Assembly (NCBI RefSeq): GCF_054482595.1
Contig: NZ_CM137008.1
Length of the DNA: 64,000 nucleotides
Direction: 5' to 3' (one strand)
The notes under the pieces were generated by a model that did not search any database, had not been told where the DNA came from, and saw only the letters and a list, made by a program, of their open reading frames with translations. The position numbers were made by a program, and so were the translations under genes. Positions 45,101-55,836 of this stretch are shown one piece after another (positions within the stretch are counted from its first letter, which is position 1; each line of letters begins with the position of its first letter).

Positions 45101-45864
45101 GTCAGCCATTATTATCTGTTAACGGCCTGATGATGCGCTTCGGCGGCCTGCTGGCGGTGAACAACGTCAATCTCGAACTGTACCCGCAGGAGATCGTCTC
45201 GTTAATCGGCCCTAACGGTGCCGGAAAAACGACGGTCTTCAACTGCCTGACCGGTTTCTACAAACCCACCGGCGGCACTATTTTACTGCGCGATCAGCAT
45301 CTGGAGGGTTTGCCGGGGCAGCAAATCGCCCGCATGGGCGTGGTGCGTACCTTCCAGCATGTGCGTCTGTTCCGTGAAATGACGGTAATTGAAAACCTGC
45401 TGGTGGCGCAGCATCAGCAACTGAAAACCGGGCTGTTCTCAGGCCTGTTGAAAACGCCGTCTTTCCGTCGCGCCCAAAGTGAAGCGCTCGACCGCGCCGC
45501 CACCTGGCTTGAGCGCATTGGTTTGCTGGAACACGCCAACCGCCAGGCGAGCAACCTGGCCTACGGTGACCAGCGCCGTCTGGAGATCGCCCGCTGCATG
45601 GTGACGCAGCCGGAGATTTTAATGCTCGACGAACCTGCGGCAGGTCTTAACCCGAAAGAAACGAAAGAGCTGGATGAGCTGATTGCCGAACTGCGCAATC
45701 ATCACAACACCACTATCTTGTTGATTGAACACGATATGAAGCTGGTGATGGGAATTTCGGACCGAATTTACGTGGTCAATCAGGGGACGCCGCTGGCAAA
45801 CGGTACGCCGGAGCAAATCCGTAATAACCCGGACGTGATCCGTGCCTATTTAGGTGAGGCATAA
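45097..45864 (+). CDS. livG: Branched-chain amino acid ABC ATPase LivG
   Basis: Walker [10 protein letters not shown]; overlap with livM. Confidence 0.95.
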   Translation: MSQPLLSVNGLMMRFGGLLAVNNVNLELYPQEIVSLIGPNGAGKTTVFNCLTGFYKPTGGTILLRDQHLEGLPGQQIARMGVVRTFQHVRLFREMTVIENLLVAQHQQLKTGLFSGLLKTPSFRRAQSEALDRAATWLERIGLLEHANRQASNLAYGDQRRLEIARCMVTQPEILMLDEPAAGLNPKETKELDELIAELRNHHNTTILLIEHDMKLVMGISDRIYVVNQGTPLANGTPEQIRNNPDVIRAYLGEA

Positions 45865-45865
45865 G

Positions 45866-46579
45866 ATGGAAAAAGTCATGTTGTCCTTTGACAAAGTCAG
45901 CGCCCACTACGGCAAAATCCAGGCGCTGCATGAGGTGAGCCTGCATATCAATCAGGGCGAGATTGTCACCCTTATTGGCGCGAACGGGGCGGGGAAAACC
46001 ACCTTGCTCGGCACGTTATGCGGCGACCCGCGCGCCACCAGTGGGCGAATTGTGTTTGATGATAAAGACATTACCGGCTGGCAGACGGCGAAAATCATGC
46101 GCGAAGCGGTGGCGATTGTCCCGGAAGGGCGTCGCGTCTTCTCGCGGATGACGGTAGAAGAGAACCTGGCGATGGGTGGTTTCTTTGCCGAACGTGACCA
46201 GTTTCAGGAGCGCATAAAGTGGGTGTATGAACTATTTCCACGTCTGCATGAGCGTCGTGTTCAGCGGGCGGGAACGATGTCCGGTGGTGAACAGCAGATG
46301 CTGGCGATTGGTCGTGCGCTGATGAGCAACCCGCGTTTGTTGTTGCTTGATGAGCCATCGCTCGGTCTTGCGCCGATTATCATCCAGCAAATTTTCGACA
46401 CCATCGAGCAGCTGCGCGAGCAGGGGATGACTATCTTCCTCGTCGAGCAGAACGCCAACCAGGCGCTAAAGCTGGCGGATCGCGGCTACGTGCTGGAAAA
46501 CGGCCATGTGGTGCTCTCCGATACTGGTGATGCACTACTGGCGAACGAAGCGGTGAGAAGTGCGTATTTAGGCGGGTAA
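45866..46579 (+). CDS. livF: Branched-chain amino acid ABC ATPase LivF
   Basis: Walker A GANGAGKTTLL; start taken as ATG 45866 (MEKVML) immediately after the livG stop; the ORF track begins 12 nt further upstream. Confidence 0.95.
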   Translation: MEKVMLSFDKVSAHYGKIQALHEVSLHINQGEIVTLIGANGAGKTTLLGTLCGDPRATSGRIVFDDKDITGWQTAKIMREAVAIVPEGRRVFSRMTVEENLAMGGFFAERDQFQERIKWVYELFPRLHERRVQRAGTMSGGEQQMLAIGRALMSNPRLLLLDEPSLGLAPIIIQQIFDTIEQLREQGMTIFLVEQNANQALKLADRGYVLENGHVVLSDTGDALLANEAVRSAYLGG

Positions 46580-46697
46580 ATTATCGAATACCCGGCAGCC
46601 ACGTTCTGTCGGGCTCTTCGTCCGTATACAGACTTGTTTCAACTGACCGGGAGGATTAAAACCAGACCACTTATTTGCCACGGAAAGGTTCCCTCCC

Positions 46698-47444
46698 ATG
46701 CATTATGCCGTTGTCGCCATGCTTGAAATGCTTTGCTGTATCCACGCTTACCGTACCGGACAAGAGCGATATTGGTTTTTTATCATCTTCTGTTTTCCGG
46801 TGATTGGTTGCGTGGCGTATTTTGTCATGGTGATGCTGCCAGAAACGGGCGCTGACCGTCACGGGCGTACCTTTCTGATGCGCCTGCAGGACAAAATCAA
46901 TCCGGAACGTCACCTGCGCAAATTAACCGAAGAACTGGCGATTGCCGAGACGAATCAAAACCATTATGCGTTGGCTAATGAACTGGCGCGTCTGGGGCGT
47001 TATCACGAAGCTGTTCCCCATTATCAGCAGGCGTTAAGCGGGATATTCGCCCATGAAGCGGCAATGATGCTAAGCCTGGCGCAGGCACAGTTTGCTATTC
47101 AGGAGTTCGCCGCCTGTCAGCAGACGCTGGAAGATGTGATGCGTTATAACCCTGATTTTCAGTCGGCAGACGGGCATTTGTTATTTGCCAGAACGTTAGC
47201 CGCACAAGAAAAATACGCTGATGCGGAAAGTGAGTTTGAAGTGTTGGTTTCTTATTACCCCGGCCCGCAGGCGCGTATTTACTATGCGGAAATGCTGGAG
47301 AAAATGAGTCGGTTACGTGAAGCCAACGAGCAGTATGTTGCTGTAGTTGATACGGCTAAACGCTCAAGACCTCATTATAGAAAACACCACCGGGAATGGA
47401 TTAAGACCGCCAATGAGCGGCTGAAGCAGAGTGTGGTGCAATGA
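46698..47444 (+). CDS. Hypothetical membrane-anchored protein: PLDc_N-like hairpin anchor plus helical (TPR-like) domain
   Basis: 248-aa ORF with normal codon usage; N-terminus YWFFIIFCFPVIGCVAYFV resembles the PLDc_N membrane-anchor motif; the rest is alpha-helical repeat-like; as far as I recall K-12 annotates no gene between livF and ugpB. Confidence 0.55.
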   Translation: MHYAVVAMLEMLCCIHAYRTGQERYWFFIIFCFPVIGCVAYFVMVMLPETGADRHGRTFLMRLQDKINPERHLRKLTEELAIAETNQNHYALANELARLGRYHEAVPHYQQALSGIFAHEAAMMLSLAQAQFAIQEFAACQQTLEDVMRYNPDFQSADGHLLFARTLAAQEKYADAESEFEVLVSYYPGPQARIYYAEMLEKMSRLREANEQYVAVVDTAKRSRPHYRKHHREWIKTANERLKQSVVQ

Positions 47445-47515
47445 AAATCTTCTTTGCCGTTAGACCAGTGTCGCGGCAATCTTTTGTTAAAATTGAAAAA
47501 TGTAGCTCTCATCGG

Positions 47516-47606
47516 GCAGCAAAACTGGACGCAGAATTTGCTGCCATTTTTGCTCTTCATGGTAAGGAGTTCTGGCGATTAGCTGGCCGTTAATCGCCTC
47601 TTTTCA
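47516..47606 (+). terminator. Two tandem candidate terminator hairpins
   Basis: GCAGCAAA-N13-TTTGCTGC followed by a T-rich run, then GGCGATTA-N9-TAATCGCC followed by TCTTTTC; downstream of the 248-aa ORF and the liv operon. Confidence 0.4.
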
Positions 47607-47665
47607 GTGCATTCTCGGGATATCCGTGCCCCATCTCCCATTTTCCCTCACCCGTACCGTCACCG

Positions 47666-47745
47666 CCTTGTCATCTTTCTGACACCTTACTATCTTACAA
47701 ATGTAACAAAAAAGTTATTTTTCTGTAATTCGAGCATGTCATGTT
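47666..47745 (+). promoter_or_regulatory. ugpB promoter region with PhoB boxes
   Basis: TTGTCATCTTTCTGACAC and TTCTGTAATTCGAGCATGTCAT match the CTGTCAT-N4-CTGTCAY Pho-box pattern 60-140 bp upstream of ugpB. Confidence 0.7.
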
Positions 47746-47803
47746 ACCCCGCGAGCATAAAACGCGTGAATTCGCGCATTCGGTACAACAAGAGAGATAA
47801 ACG

Positions 47804-49120
47804 ATGAAACCGTTACATTATACAGCTTCAGCACTGGCGCTCGGACTGGCGTTAATGGGGAATGCACAGGCAGTGACGACCATTCCGTTCTGGCATTCTA
47901 TGGAAGGGGAACTGGGTAAAGAGGTGGATTCTCTGGCCCAACGTTTTAACGCCGAAAACCCGGATTACAAAATTGTACCGACCTATAAAGGCAACTACGA
48001 ACAGAATTTAAGCGCGGGGATTGCCGCATTTCGTACCGGCAACGCTCCGGCTATTTTGCAGGTTTATGAAGTTGGCACCGCCACCATGATGGCGTCGAAA
48101 GCCATTAAACCGGTGTATGACGTGTTTAAAGAGGCGGGGATTCAATTCGATGAGTCGCAGTTTGTGCCGACGGTTTCCGGTTACTACTCCGACAGCAAAA
48201 CGGGCCACTTACTCTCCCAGCCGTTCAACAGCTCGACCCCCGTTCTCTATTACAACAAAGACGCCTTCAAGAAAGCAGGATTAGACCCGGAACAGCCGCC
48301 GAAAACCTGGCAGGATCTGGCGGACTATTCTGCAAAACTGAAAGCCTCCGGAATGAAGTGCGGCTACGCCAGCGGCTGGCAGGGCTGGATCCAACTGGAA
48401 AACTTTAGCGCCTGGAACGGTCTGCCGTTTGCCAGCAAAAACAACGGCTTTGACGGCACGGATGCGGTGCTGGAGTTCAACAAGCCGGAGCAGGTGAAAC
48501 ACATCGCCATGCTCGAAGAGATGAACAAGAAGGGCGATTTCAGCTACGTCGGGCGTAAGGATGAATCCACCGAGAAGTTCTATAACGGTGATTGCGCGAT
48601 GACCACCGCCTCTTCCGGTTCTCTCGCTAATATTCGCGAGTACGCCAAATTCAACTATGGCGTAGGCATGATGCCTTACGACGCCGATGCGAAAGATGCA
48701 CCGCAAAACGCCATTATCGGCGGGGCCAGCCTGTGGGTGATGCAGGGCAAAGATAAAGAAACTTATACCGGCGTGGCGAAGTTCCTCGACTTCCTCGCTA
48801 AGCCAGAAAATGCTGCCGAGTGGCATCAGAAAACTGGTTATCTGCCAATCACCAAAGCGGCGTATGACTTGACTCGTGAGCAGGGCTTTTATGAGAAAAA
48901 CCCAGGGGCGGATACCGCGACGCGTCAGATGCTGAATAAGCCGCCGTTGCCGTTCACCAAAGGGCTGCGTCTGGGCAACATGCCGCAGATCCGCGTGATT
49001 GTGGATGAAGAGCTCGAGAGCGTGTGGACCGGCAAGAAGACGCCACAGCAGGCGCTGGATACCGCCGTTGAGCGTGGGAATCAGTTGCTGCGCCGTTTTG
49101 AGAAATCTACGAAGTCTTAA
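47804..49120 (+). CDS. ugpB: sn-glycerol-3-phosphate-binding periplasmic protein UgpB
   Basis: 438-aa solute-binding protein with signal peptide. Confidence 0.95.
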   Translation: MKPLHYTASALALGLALMGNAQAVTTIPFWHSMEGELGKEVDSLAQRFNAENPDYKIVPTYKGNYEQNLSAGIAAFRTGNAPAILQVYEVGTATMMASKAIKPVYDVFKEAGIQFDESQFVPTVSGYYSDSKTGHLLSQPFNSSTPVLYYNKDAFKKAGLDPEQPPKTWQDLADYSAKLKASGMKCGYASGWQGWIQLENFSAWNGLPFASKNNGFDGTDAVLEFNKPEQVKHIAMLEEMNKKGDFSYVGRKDESTEKFYNGDCAMTTASSGSLANIREYAKFNYGVGMMPYDADAKDAPQNAIIGGASLWVMQGKDKETYTGVAKFLDFLAKPENAAEWHQKTGYLPITKAAYDLTREQGFYEKNPGADTATRQMLNKPPLPFTKGLRLGNMPQIRVIVDEELESVWTGKKTPQQALDTAVERGNQLLRRFEKSTKS

Positions 49121-49130
49121 TCAGTGTAAT

Positions 49131-49198
49131 GTCGGATGCGTTTCGCTTATCTGACCTGGCATCGCGTGTAGGCCGGATAAGCGAAGCGCATCCGGCAC
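49131..49198. repeat. REP elements between ugpB and ugpA
   Basis: GTCGGATGCG...CTGACC and GTGTAGGCCGGATAAGCGAAGCGCATCCGGCAC, REP-consensus-like. Confidence 0.8.
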
Positions 49199-49217
49199 AG
49201 TTCAGGAATTAACCGTA

Positions 49218-50105
49218 ATGTCATCATCCCGTCCGGTGTTCCGCTCGCGCTGGCTGCCTTATCTGCTGGTCGCGCCGCAGCTCATCATCACCGTTATCTT
49301 TTTTATCTGGCCTGCGGGCGAAGCGTTGCGGTACTCGCTGCAAAGCGTCGATCCGTTTGGTTTCTCCAGCCAGTTTGTCGGCCTGGATAACTTCGTCGCG
49401 CTGTTTCATGACAGCTACTATATCGACTCCTTCTGGACGACGATAAAATTCAGCACCTTTGTCACCGTCAGCGGTTTGCTGGTATCGCTGTTCTTTGCGG
49501 CGCTGGTGGAGTACATCGTGCGCGGCAGTCGTTTCTATCAAACCTTGATGCTGCTGCCGTATGCCGTGGCTCCCGCCGTTGCCGCCGTATTGTGGATATT
49601 TTTGTTTAACCCCGGTCGCGGGCTGATCACTCATTTTCTCGCCGAGTTCGGCTACGACTGGAACCACGCGCAAAACAGCGGTCAGGCGATGTTTCTGGTG
49701 GTGTTTGCCTCGGTGTGGAAGCAAATCAGCTACAACTTTCTGTTCTTCTATGCCGCGCTGCAATCCATTCCCCGTTCGTTGATTGAAGCCGCAGCCATTG
49801 ATGGCGCAGGCCCGATTCGCCGCTTCTTTAAGATTGCGCTACCGCTTATCGCTCCGGTGAGTTTCTTCCTGCTGGTAGTGAACCTGGTGTATGCCTTCTT
49901 CGACACCTTCCCGGTGATCGACGCCGCCACGTCCGGTGGGCCGGTGCAGGCCACCACGACGCTGATTTATAAGATCTACCGTGAAGGCTTTACCGGACTG
50001 GATCTGGCTTCGTCTGCCGCACAGTCGGTGGTGTTGATGTTCCTCGTCATCGTGCTGACGGTGGTGCAGTTCCGCTATGTTGAAAGCAAGGTGCGTTACC
50101 AATGA
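49218..50105 (+). CDS. ugpA: G3P ABC permease UgpA
   Basis: 295-aa MalF-type permease. Confidence 0.95.
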   Translation: MSSSRPVFRSRWLPYLLVAPQLIITVIFFIWPAGEALRYSLQSVDPFGFSSQFVGLDNFVALFHDSYYIDSFWTTIKFSTFVTVSGLLVSLFFAALVEYIVRGSRFYQTLMLLPYAVAPAVAAVLWIFLFNPGRGLITHFLAEFGYDWNHAQNSGQAMFLVVFASVWKQISYNFLFFYAALQSIPRSLIEAAAIDGAGPIRRFFKIALPLIAPVSFFLLVVNLVYAFFDTFPVIDAATSGGPVQATTTLIYKIYREGFTGLDLASSAAQSVVLMFLVIVLTVVQFRYVESKVRYQ

Positions 50106-50947
50106 TTGAGAACCGTCCGTGGCTGACGATATTCAGCCATACCATACTGATCCTCGGGATCGCGGTGATCCTATTCCCGCTGTACGTGGCGTTTGTCGCG
50201 GCGACGCTGGATAAACAGGCCGTCTACGCCGCGCCGATGACGCTCATCCCCGGCACGCATCTGCTGGAAAACATCCACAACATCTGGGTAAACGGGGTAG
50301 GCACAAATAGTGCGCCGTTCTGGCGGATGTTGCTTAACAGCTTCGTGATGGCGTTCAGCATTACGCTCGGCAAAATTACCGTCTCGATGCTCTCGGCATT
50401 TGCCATTGTCTGGTTTCGTTTTCCGCTACGTAACCTCTTCTTCTGGATGATTTTTATCACCCTGATGCTGCCGGTTGAAGTGCGTATCTTCCCGACGGTG
50501 GAAGTCATCGCCAACCTGAAAATGCTCGACAGCTACGCCGGTTTAACGCTGCCGCTGATGGCCTCGGCGACCGCTACCTTCCTGTTCCGCCAGTTCTTTA
50601 TGACGCTGCCGGATGAGCTGGTGGAGGCCGCGCGGATCGACGGCGCGTCACCAATGCGTTTCTTTTGCGACATCGTTTTTCCGTTGTCCAAAACTAATCT
50701 GGCGGCGCTGTTTGTGATCACCTTTATTTACGGCTGGAACCAGTATTTGTGGCCGTTGTTGATTATTACCGACGTGGATCTCGGCACCACCGTGGCAGGG
50801 ATCAAAGGGATGATCGCCACTGGCGAAGGCACCACAGAATGGAACTCAGTGATGGCGGCGATGTTGTTAACGCTTATCCCTCCGGTGGTGATTGTTTTAG
50901 TGATGCAGCGTGCCTTCGTGCGCGGCCTGGTCGATAGTGAGAAATAA
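50102..50947 (+). CDS. ugpE: G3P ABC permease UgpE
   Basis: 281-aa MalG-type permease; ATGA overlap with ugpA. Confidence 0.95.
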   Translation: MIENRPWLTIFSHTILILGIAVILFPLYVAFVAATLDKQAVYAAPMTLIPGTHLLENIHNIWVNGVGTNSAPFWRMLLNSFVMAFSITLGKITVSMLSAFAIVWFRFPLRNLFFWMIFITLMLPVEVRIFPTVEVIANLKMLDSYAGLTLPLMASATATFLFRQFFMTLPDELVEAARIDGASPMRFFCDIVFPLSKTNLAALFVITFIYGWNQYLWPLLIITDVDLGTTVAGIKGMIATGEGTTEWNSVMAAMLLTLIPPVVIVLVMQRAFVRGLVDSEK

Positions 50948-50948
50948 G

Positions 50949-52019
50949 ATGGCAGGACTGAAATTACAGGCAGTAACCAAAAGCTGGGATGGCAAAACCC
51001 AGGTCATTAAACCGCTGACTCTTGATGTGGCGGATGGCGAATTTATCGTGATGGTCGGGCCGTCAGGCTGCGGGAAATCGACGCTGCTGCGCATGGTTGC
51101 CGGGCTGGAGCGGGTGACGGAAGGCGATATCTGGATCAACGACCAGCGGGTGACCGAAATGGAGCCGAAAGATCGCGGGATTGCGATGGTGTTCCAGAAC
51201 TACGCGCTTTATCCGCATATGAGTGTTGAAGAAAACATGGCGTGGGGGCTGAAAATTCGCGGCATGGGCAAGCAGCAAATTGCCGAGCGCGTTAAAGAGG
51301 CGGCGCGCATTCTGGAACTGGACGGTCTGCTTAAGCGCCGCCCGCGCGAGCTTTCCGGCGGTCAGCGTCAGCGTGTGGCGATGGGCCGCGCGATTGTGCG
51401 CGATCCGGCGGTGTTCCTGTTTGATGAGCCACTCTCTAACCTCGATGCCAAGCTGCGCGTACAGATGCGTCTTGAACTGCAACAGCTGCACCGTCGCCTG
51501 AAAACGACATCACTCTACGTTACTCACGATCAGGTTGAGGCGATGACCCTCGCCCAGCGAGTAATGGTGATGAACGGCGGCGTTGCCGAACAGATTGGCA
51601 CGCCAGTTGAAGTCTACGAAAAGCCCGCCAGCCTGTTTGTGGCGAGTTTTATTGGCAGTCCGGCGATGAATCTGCTGACAGGCCGCGTGAATAATGAAGG
51701 CACGCATTTTGAACTGGACGGCGGTATCGTGCTACCGCTAAACGGTGGCTACCGTCAGTATGCCGGGCGTAAAATGACTCTCGGCATTCGCCCGGAACAT
51801 ATTGCGCTAAGCTCGCAGGCAGAAGGCGGCGTACCGCTGGTGATGGACACGCTGGAGATCCTCGGCGCAGATAACCTGGCGCACGGACGCTGGGGCGAAC
51901 AGAAGCTGGTGGTGCGACTGGCGCATCAGGAGCGCCCGACGGCAGGCAGCACGCTGTGGCTGCATCTGGCGGAAAATCAGCTGCATCTTTTTGATGGTGA
52001 AACAGGACAACGAGTATGA
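50949..52019 (+). CDS. ugpC: G3P ABC ATPase UgpC
   Basis: 356-aa MalK-like ATPase starting MAGLKLQAV; Walker [10 protein letters not shown]; the ORF track begins 39 nt further upstream. Confidence 0.95.
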   Translation: MAGLKLQAVTKSWDGKTQVIKPLTLDVADGEFIVMVGPSGCGKSTLLRMVAGLERVTEGDIWINDQRVTEMEPKDRGIAMVFQNYALYPHMSVEENMAWGLKIRGMGKQQIAERVKEAARILELDGLLKRRPRELSGGQRQRVAMGRAIVRDPAVFLFDEPLSNLDAKLRVQMRLELQQLHRRLKTTSLYVTHDQVEAMTLAQRVMVMNGGVAEQIGTPVEVYEKPASLFVASFIGSPAMNLLTGRVNNEGTHFELDGGIVLPLNGGYRQYAGRKMTLGIRPEHIALSSQAEGGVPLVMDTLEILGADNLAHGRWGEQKLVVRLAHQERPTAGSTLWLHLAENQLHLFDGETGQRV

Positions 52020-52759
52020 GTAACTGGCCTTATCCCCGCATCGTCGCACATCGTGGCGGCGGTAAGCTGGCCCCGGAAAACACCCTGGCGGCAATCGACG
52101 TCGGGGCAAAATACGGTCATAAGATGATCGAATTTGACGCGAAGTTGTCGAAAGATGGCGAAATCTTCCTGCTCCATGACGACAATCTCGAACGTACCAG
52201 CAACGGCTGGGGCGTCGCGGGTGAACTGAACTGGCAGGATTTACTACGTGTGGATGCAGGCAGTTGGTACGGCAAAGCGTTTAAAGGTGAGCCGCTGCCG
52301 TTGCTTTCGCAGGTGGCGGAACGCTGTCGCGAACATGGGATGATGGCGAATATCGAAATCAAACCCACCACTGGCACCGGGCCATTAACGGGCAAAATGG
52401 TGGCGCTGGCGGCACGCGAACTGTGGGCCGGTATGACGCCGCCGCTACTGTCATCGTTTGAGATTGATGCTTTAGAAGCCGCACAACAGGCAGTACCAGA
52501 ACTGCCGCGCGGTTTGTTGCTGGATGAGTGGCGCGACGACTGGCGAGAACTGACCGCGCGGCTGGGCTGCGTCTCTATTCATCTCAATCATAAGTTGCTT
52601 GATAAAGCGCGAGTAATGCAGTTGAAAGACGCCGGATTACGGATTCTGGTTTATACCGTCAATAAACCCCAGCGCGCGGCAGAGTTGCTGCGCTGGGGCG
52701 TGGATTGCATCTGTACCGATGCGATTGATGTGATTGGTCCGAACTTTACGGCCCAATAG
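52016..52759 (+). CDS. ugpQ: Glycerophosphodiester phosphodiesterase UgpQ
   Basis: 247-aa GDPD-family protein (HRGGG motif); overlap with ugpC. Confidence 0.95.
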   Translation: MSNWPYPRIVAHRGGGKLAPENTLAAIDVGAKYGHKMIEFDAKLSKDGEIFLLHDDNLERTSNGWGVAGELNWQDLLRVDAGSWYGKAFKGEPLPLLSQVAERCREHGMMANIEIKPTTGTGPLTGKMVALAARELWAGMTPPLLSSFEIDALEAAQQAVPELPRGLLLDEWRDDWRELTARLGCVSIHLNHKLLDKARVMQLKDAGLRILVYTVNKPQRAAELLRWGVDCICTDAIDVIGPNFTAQ

Positions 52760-53186
52760 TTTTCAGCGGTATATCAGGCTGCGGCGTGCCGGGCTGATTC
52801 AGCATGTCGCCGTTTCTCCTCTCCGGCAACATATGCTGCTGATTCAACGAACTATCCGGATTACGGTTGCTGTTTAACATCCCGCCATTGGTGTTGGGCA
52901 GCATTTGCTGCCGGGCGGGATTTCGCTCCCCCGGCTGTGACTGCAACACCCGCTGAGAATTATTGTTTATCTGGTTTTCTAAATGCTGTTGTTGCAACTG
53001 AGTTTGCGTTTTCAGTTGCTGATTCAGCATCCCTTTTTGCTGGATTTGCTGAGTCTGCATCTGGGTTTGCATCCGCTGCTGACTGGGGATCTGATACCCC
53101 GGCTGGTTAGGGTTGTTCAGAGTATTAATGGGCTGTGCAAAGCCGACAAACGGCAGGAGTGCCGTAAGAATCAGAAGTCGTTTCAT
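52746..53186 (-). CDS. yhhA: Secreted Q-rich protein YhhA
   Basis: 146-aa protein with signal peptide and glutamine-rich low-complexity body; convergent with ugpQ. Confidence 0.85.
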   Translation of the reverse strand: MKRLLILTALLPFVGFAQPINTLNNPNQPGYQIPSQQRMQTQMQTQQIQQKGMLNQQLKTQTQLQQQHLENQINNNSQRVLQSQPGERNPARQQMLPNTNGGMLNSNRNPDSSLNQQHMLPERRNGDMLNQPGTPQPDIPLKTIGP

Positions 53187-53305
53187 CGCGTATCCTCCTC
53201 TGAAGATATTCTTTAAGTTTACTCCTTTCCTGCAATCATCAGGATTAATTCAGAGTTATATACCAGGCTTAGCTGGGGTTGCCCCTTAATCTCTGGAGAA
53301 TAACG

Positions 53306-55039
53306 ATGATAAAACCGACGTTTTTACGCCGGGTGGCCATTGCTGCTCTGTTCACAGGAAGTTGTTTTAGCGCCGCCGCTGCGCCTCCTGTTTCTTACGG
53401 CGTGGAGGAAGATGTCTTCCATCCGGTACGCGCGAAACAGGGGATGGTGGCATCTGTAGATGCTACTGCCACTCAGGTGGGGGTGGATATCCTCAAGGAG
53501 GGCGGGAATGCCGTTGATGCCGCCGTGGCTGTGGGCTACGCGCTGGCGGTAACGCATCCGCAGGCAGGGAATCTGGGCGGTGGTGGTTTTATGCTGATCC
53601 GCTCGAAAAATGGCAATACCACCGCTATCGATTTCCGCGAAATGGCACCCGCCAAAGCGACCCGCGATATGTTCCTTGATGATCAGGGTAACCCGGACAG
53701 CAAAAAATCACTCACTTCGCATCTGGCTTCCGGCACGCCCGGTACGGTCGCTGGTTTCTCGCTGGCGTTGGATAAATACGGCACAATGCCGTTGAACAAA
53801 GTGGTGCAGCCAGCGTTTAAACTGGCACGCGATGGTTTTATCGTTAACGACGCGCTGGCAGACGATCTCAAAACCTACGGTAGCGAAGTGCTGCCGAATC
53901 ACGAAAACAGCAAGGCTATCTTCTGGAAAGAGGGCGAGCCGCTGAAAAAGGGCGACAAGCTGGTGCAGGCGAACCTGGCAAAGAGCCTGGAGATGATTGC
54001 CGAAAACGGCCCGGACGAATTCTACAAAGGCACGATAGCGGAACAGATTGCCCAGGAGATGCAGAAAAACGGTGGCCTGATCACTAAAGAAGATTTAGCG
54101 GCGTATAAAGCGGTCGAACGCACACCGATAAGCGGCGATTATCGCGGGTATCAGGTTTACTCCATGCCACCGCCATCCTCCGGCGGGATCCATATCGTAC
54201 AAATCCTCAATATTCTGGAAAACTTCGATATGAAGAAATACGGTTTTGGCAGCGCCGACGCGATGCAGATCATGGCAGAAGCGGAGAAATATGCCTACGC
54301 TGACCGCTCGGAATATCTTGGCGACCCGGATTTTGTCAAAGTCCCGTGGCAGGCGCTGACCAATAAAGCCTATGCCAAATCTATTGCCGAGCAAATCGAT
54401 ATCAATAAAGCGAAACCGTCCAGCGAGATTCGCCCCGGCAAGCTTGCGCCTTATGAGAGTAATCAAACTACCCATTACTCAGTGGTGGATAAAGACGGTA
54501 ACGCCGTGGCGGTGACCTATACGCTGAACACCACCTTCGGTACGGGTATTGTCGCGGGCGAGAGCGGTATTTTGCTCAATAACCAAATGGATGATTTCTC
54601 TGCCAAACCGGGCGTACCGAACGTTTACGGGCTGGTGGGCGGTGATGCCAACGCCGTCGGGCCGAACAAACGCCCGCTGTCATCGATGTCACCAACCATT
54701 GTGGTGAAAGACGGTAAAACCTGGCTGGTCACCGGTAGCCCTGGCGGGAGCCGGATCATCACTACAGTGCTTCAAATGGTGGTGAATAGCATCGATTATG
54801 GCATGAACGTCGCCGAAGCGACCAATGCGCCGCGTTTCCACCATCAGTGGTTGCCGGACGAGCTGCGTGTCGAAAAAGGGTTTAGCCCGGATACGCTCAA
54901 GCTGCTGGAAGCAAAAGGTCAGAAAGTGGCGCTGAAAGAGGCGATGGGCAGTACACAAAGCATTATGGTTGGGCCGGACGGTGAGTTGTACGGCGCATCC
55001 GACCCGCGCTCGGTGGATGATTTAACGGCGGGGTACTAA
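53306..55039 (+). CDS. ggt: Gamma-glutamyltranspeptidase
   Basis: 577-aa protein starting MIKPTFLRR with signal peptide and the conserved Thr autoprocessing site (QTTHYSVVD); GGAGAA Shine-Dalgarno; the ORF track begins at a TTG 27 nt further upstream. Confidence 0.95.
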   Translation: MIKPTFLRRVAIAALFTGSCFSAAAAPPVSYGVEEDVFHPVRAKQGMVASVDATATQVGVDILKEGGNAVDAAVAVGYALAVTHPQAGNLGGGGFMLIRSKNGNTTAIDFREMAPAKATRDMFLDDQGNPDSKKSLTSHLASGTPGTVAGFSLALDKYGTMPLNKVVQPAFKLARDGFIVNDALADDLKTYGSEVLPNHENSKAIFWKEGEPLKKGDKLVQANLAKSLEMIAENGPDEFYKGTIAEQIAQEMQKNGGLITKEDLAAYKAVERTPISGDYRGYQVYSMPPPSSGGIHIVQILNILENFDMKKYGFGSADAMQIMAEAEKYAYADRSEYLGDPDFVKVPWQALTNKAYAKSIAEQIDINKAKPSSEIRPGKLAPYESNQTTHYSVVDKDGNAVAVTYTLNTTFGTGIVAGESGILLNNQMDDFSAKPGVPNVYGLVGGDANAVGPNKRPLSSMSPTIVVKDGKTWLVTGSPGGSRIITTVLQMVVNSIDYGMNVAEATNAPRFHHQWLPDELRVEKGFSPDTLKLLEAKGQKVALKEAMGSTQSIMVGPDGELYGASDPRSVDDLTAGY

Positions 55040-55046
55040 GGTTAGC

Positions 55047-55078
55047 GGCCCTCTTCGTGGGAAGAGGGCTGTTTTCTT
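55047..55078 (+). terminator. Rho-independent terminator of ggt
   Basis: Hairpin GGCCCTCTTC-gtgg-GAAGAGGGCT followed by GTTTTCTT. Confidence 0.8.
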
Positions 55079-55407
55079 GAACAAGATAAATTAGTGTCTG
55101 GATTGCTTTTACTATTGCTCCGTAATATATAATCATAATTATCCTGAATGCTTTTAAGGGGCTTAGGTTATGCTTTCTTTTCAAGAGTATGCAGAATAGT
55201 TTTTCATTTACCGTGAAAATAGGACGTGCGATAATTACTTCCTGATATTCAGGAAAGGAATTAACTATGCTATTAAATAAACTGTAGTTATAGTTCATTT
55301 TAGAGTGTAATTTATTGATTTAAATATCACGCTTTGTGTTGTTTATGTGCATAATGGCATTCATCATGACTTTGATCGATTTTGTAAAGTGTTTTTAAGG
55401 GGGCATA

Positions 55408-55824
55408 ATGAAAGCAAAATACGTGATTCTCTCTGTACTTAATAAACAAGAACTCTTCTATTTAAAATCAAGATACAAAGAAATGAAGAAACTTGCTAAT
55501 AAGCATGAAGTCTCTCTCGTAGAACAAAATTTCATTGATGCTATTATTTCAATGGTGGGTTATTGCTCTTTGGGGTTTGGGTTGGTAAGTATAGTTAATG
55601 GGATATTGCTTGTATTCTCATTTTTTCAGGATAACATGTTGAAAAGTTTTTTTCTGTCTTCAATCGTTAGTATTGCCATGTTCGCTATTCTTAGCATACA
55701 CAGAAAACTGGATACTAAATTCTCTTACCAATTATGCCTCAAAATGTTTTATCTTAAAATTAAGTTATTCTGTTATTGTATTCCTGCACCAGTTGTAGTT
55801 CCTGATATATTCATTAATAATTGA
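55408..55824 (+). CDS. Hypothetical small membrane protein (138 aa, two to three TM helices)
   Basis: AT-rich ORF with strong Shine-Dalgarno (AAGGGGG) before the ATG; hydrophobic segments MVGYCSLGFGLVSIVNGILLVFSFF and IVSIAMFAILSI; no family recognised. Confidence 0.55.
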   Translation: MKAKYVILSVLNKQELFYLKSRYKEMKKLANKHEVSLVEQNFIDAIISMVGYCSLGFGLVSIVNGILLVFSFFQDNMLKSFFLSSIVSIAMFAILSIHRKLDTKFSYQLCLKMFYLKIKLFCYCIPAPVVVPDIFINN

Positions 55825-55836
55825 TGTGGCATATGA

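Noticed and set aside
53306-55039. ggt product appears 3 residues shorter (577 aa) than the K-12 length I recall (580 aa)
   Set aside because: Most likely a natural in-frame indel near the signal-peptide end; I cannot verify the K-12 sequence here, and catalytic motifs are intact
54963-55298. 111-aa minus-strand ORF spanning the ggt 3' end and terminator
   Set aside because: Overlaps the ggt coding end and runs through the ggt terminator hairpin; no ribosome-binding site
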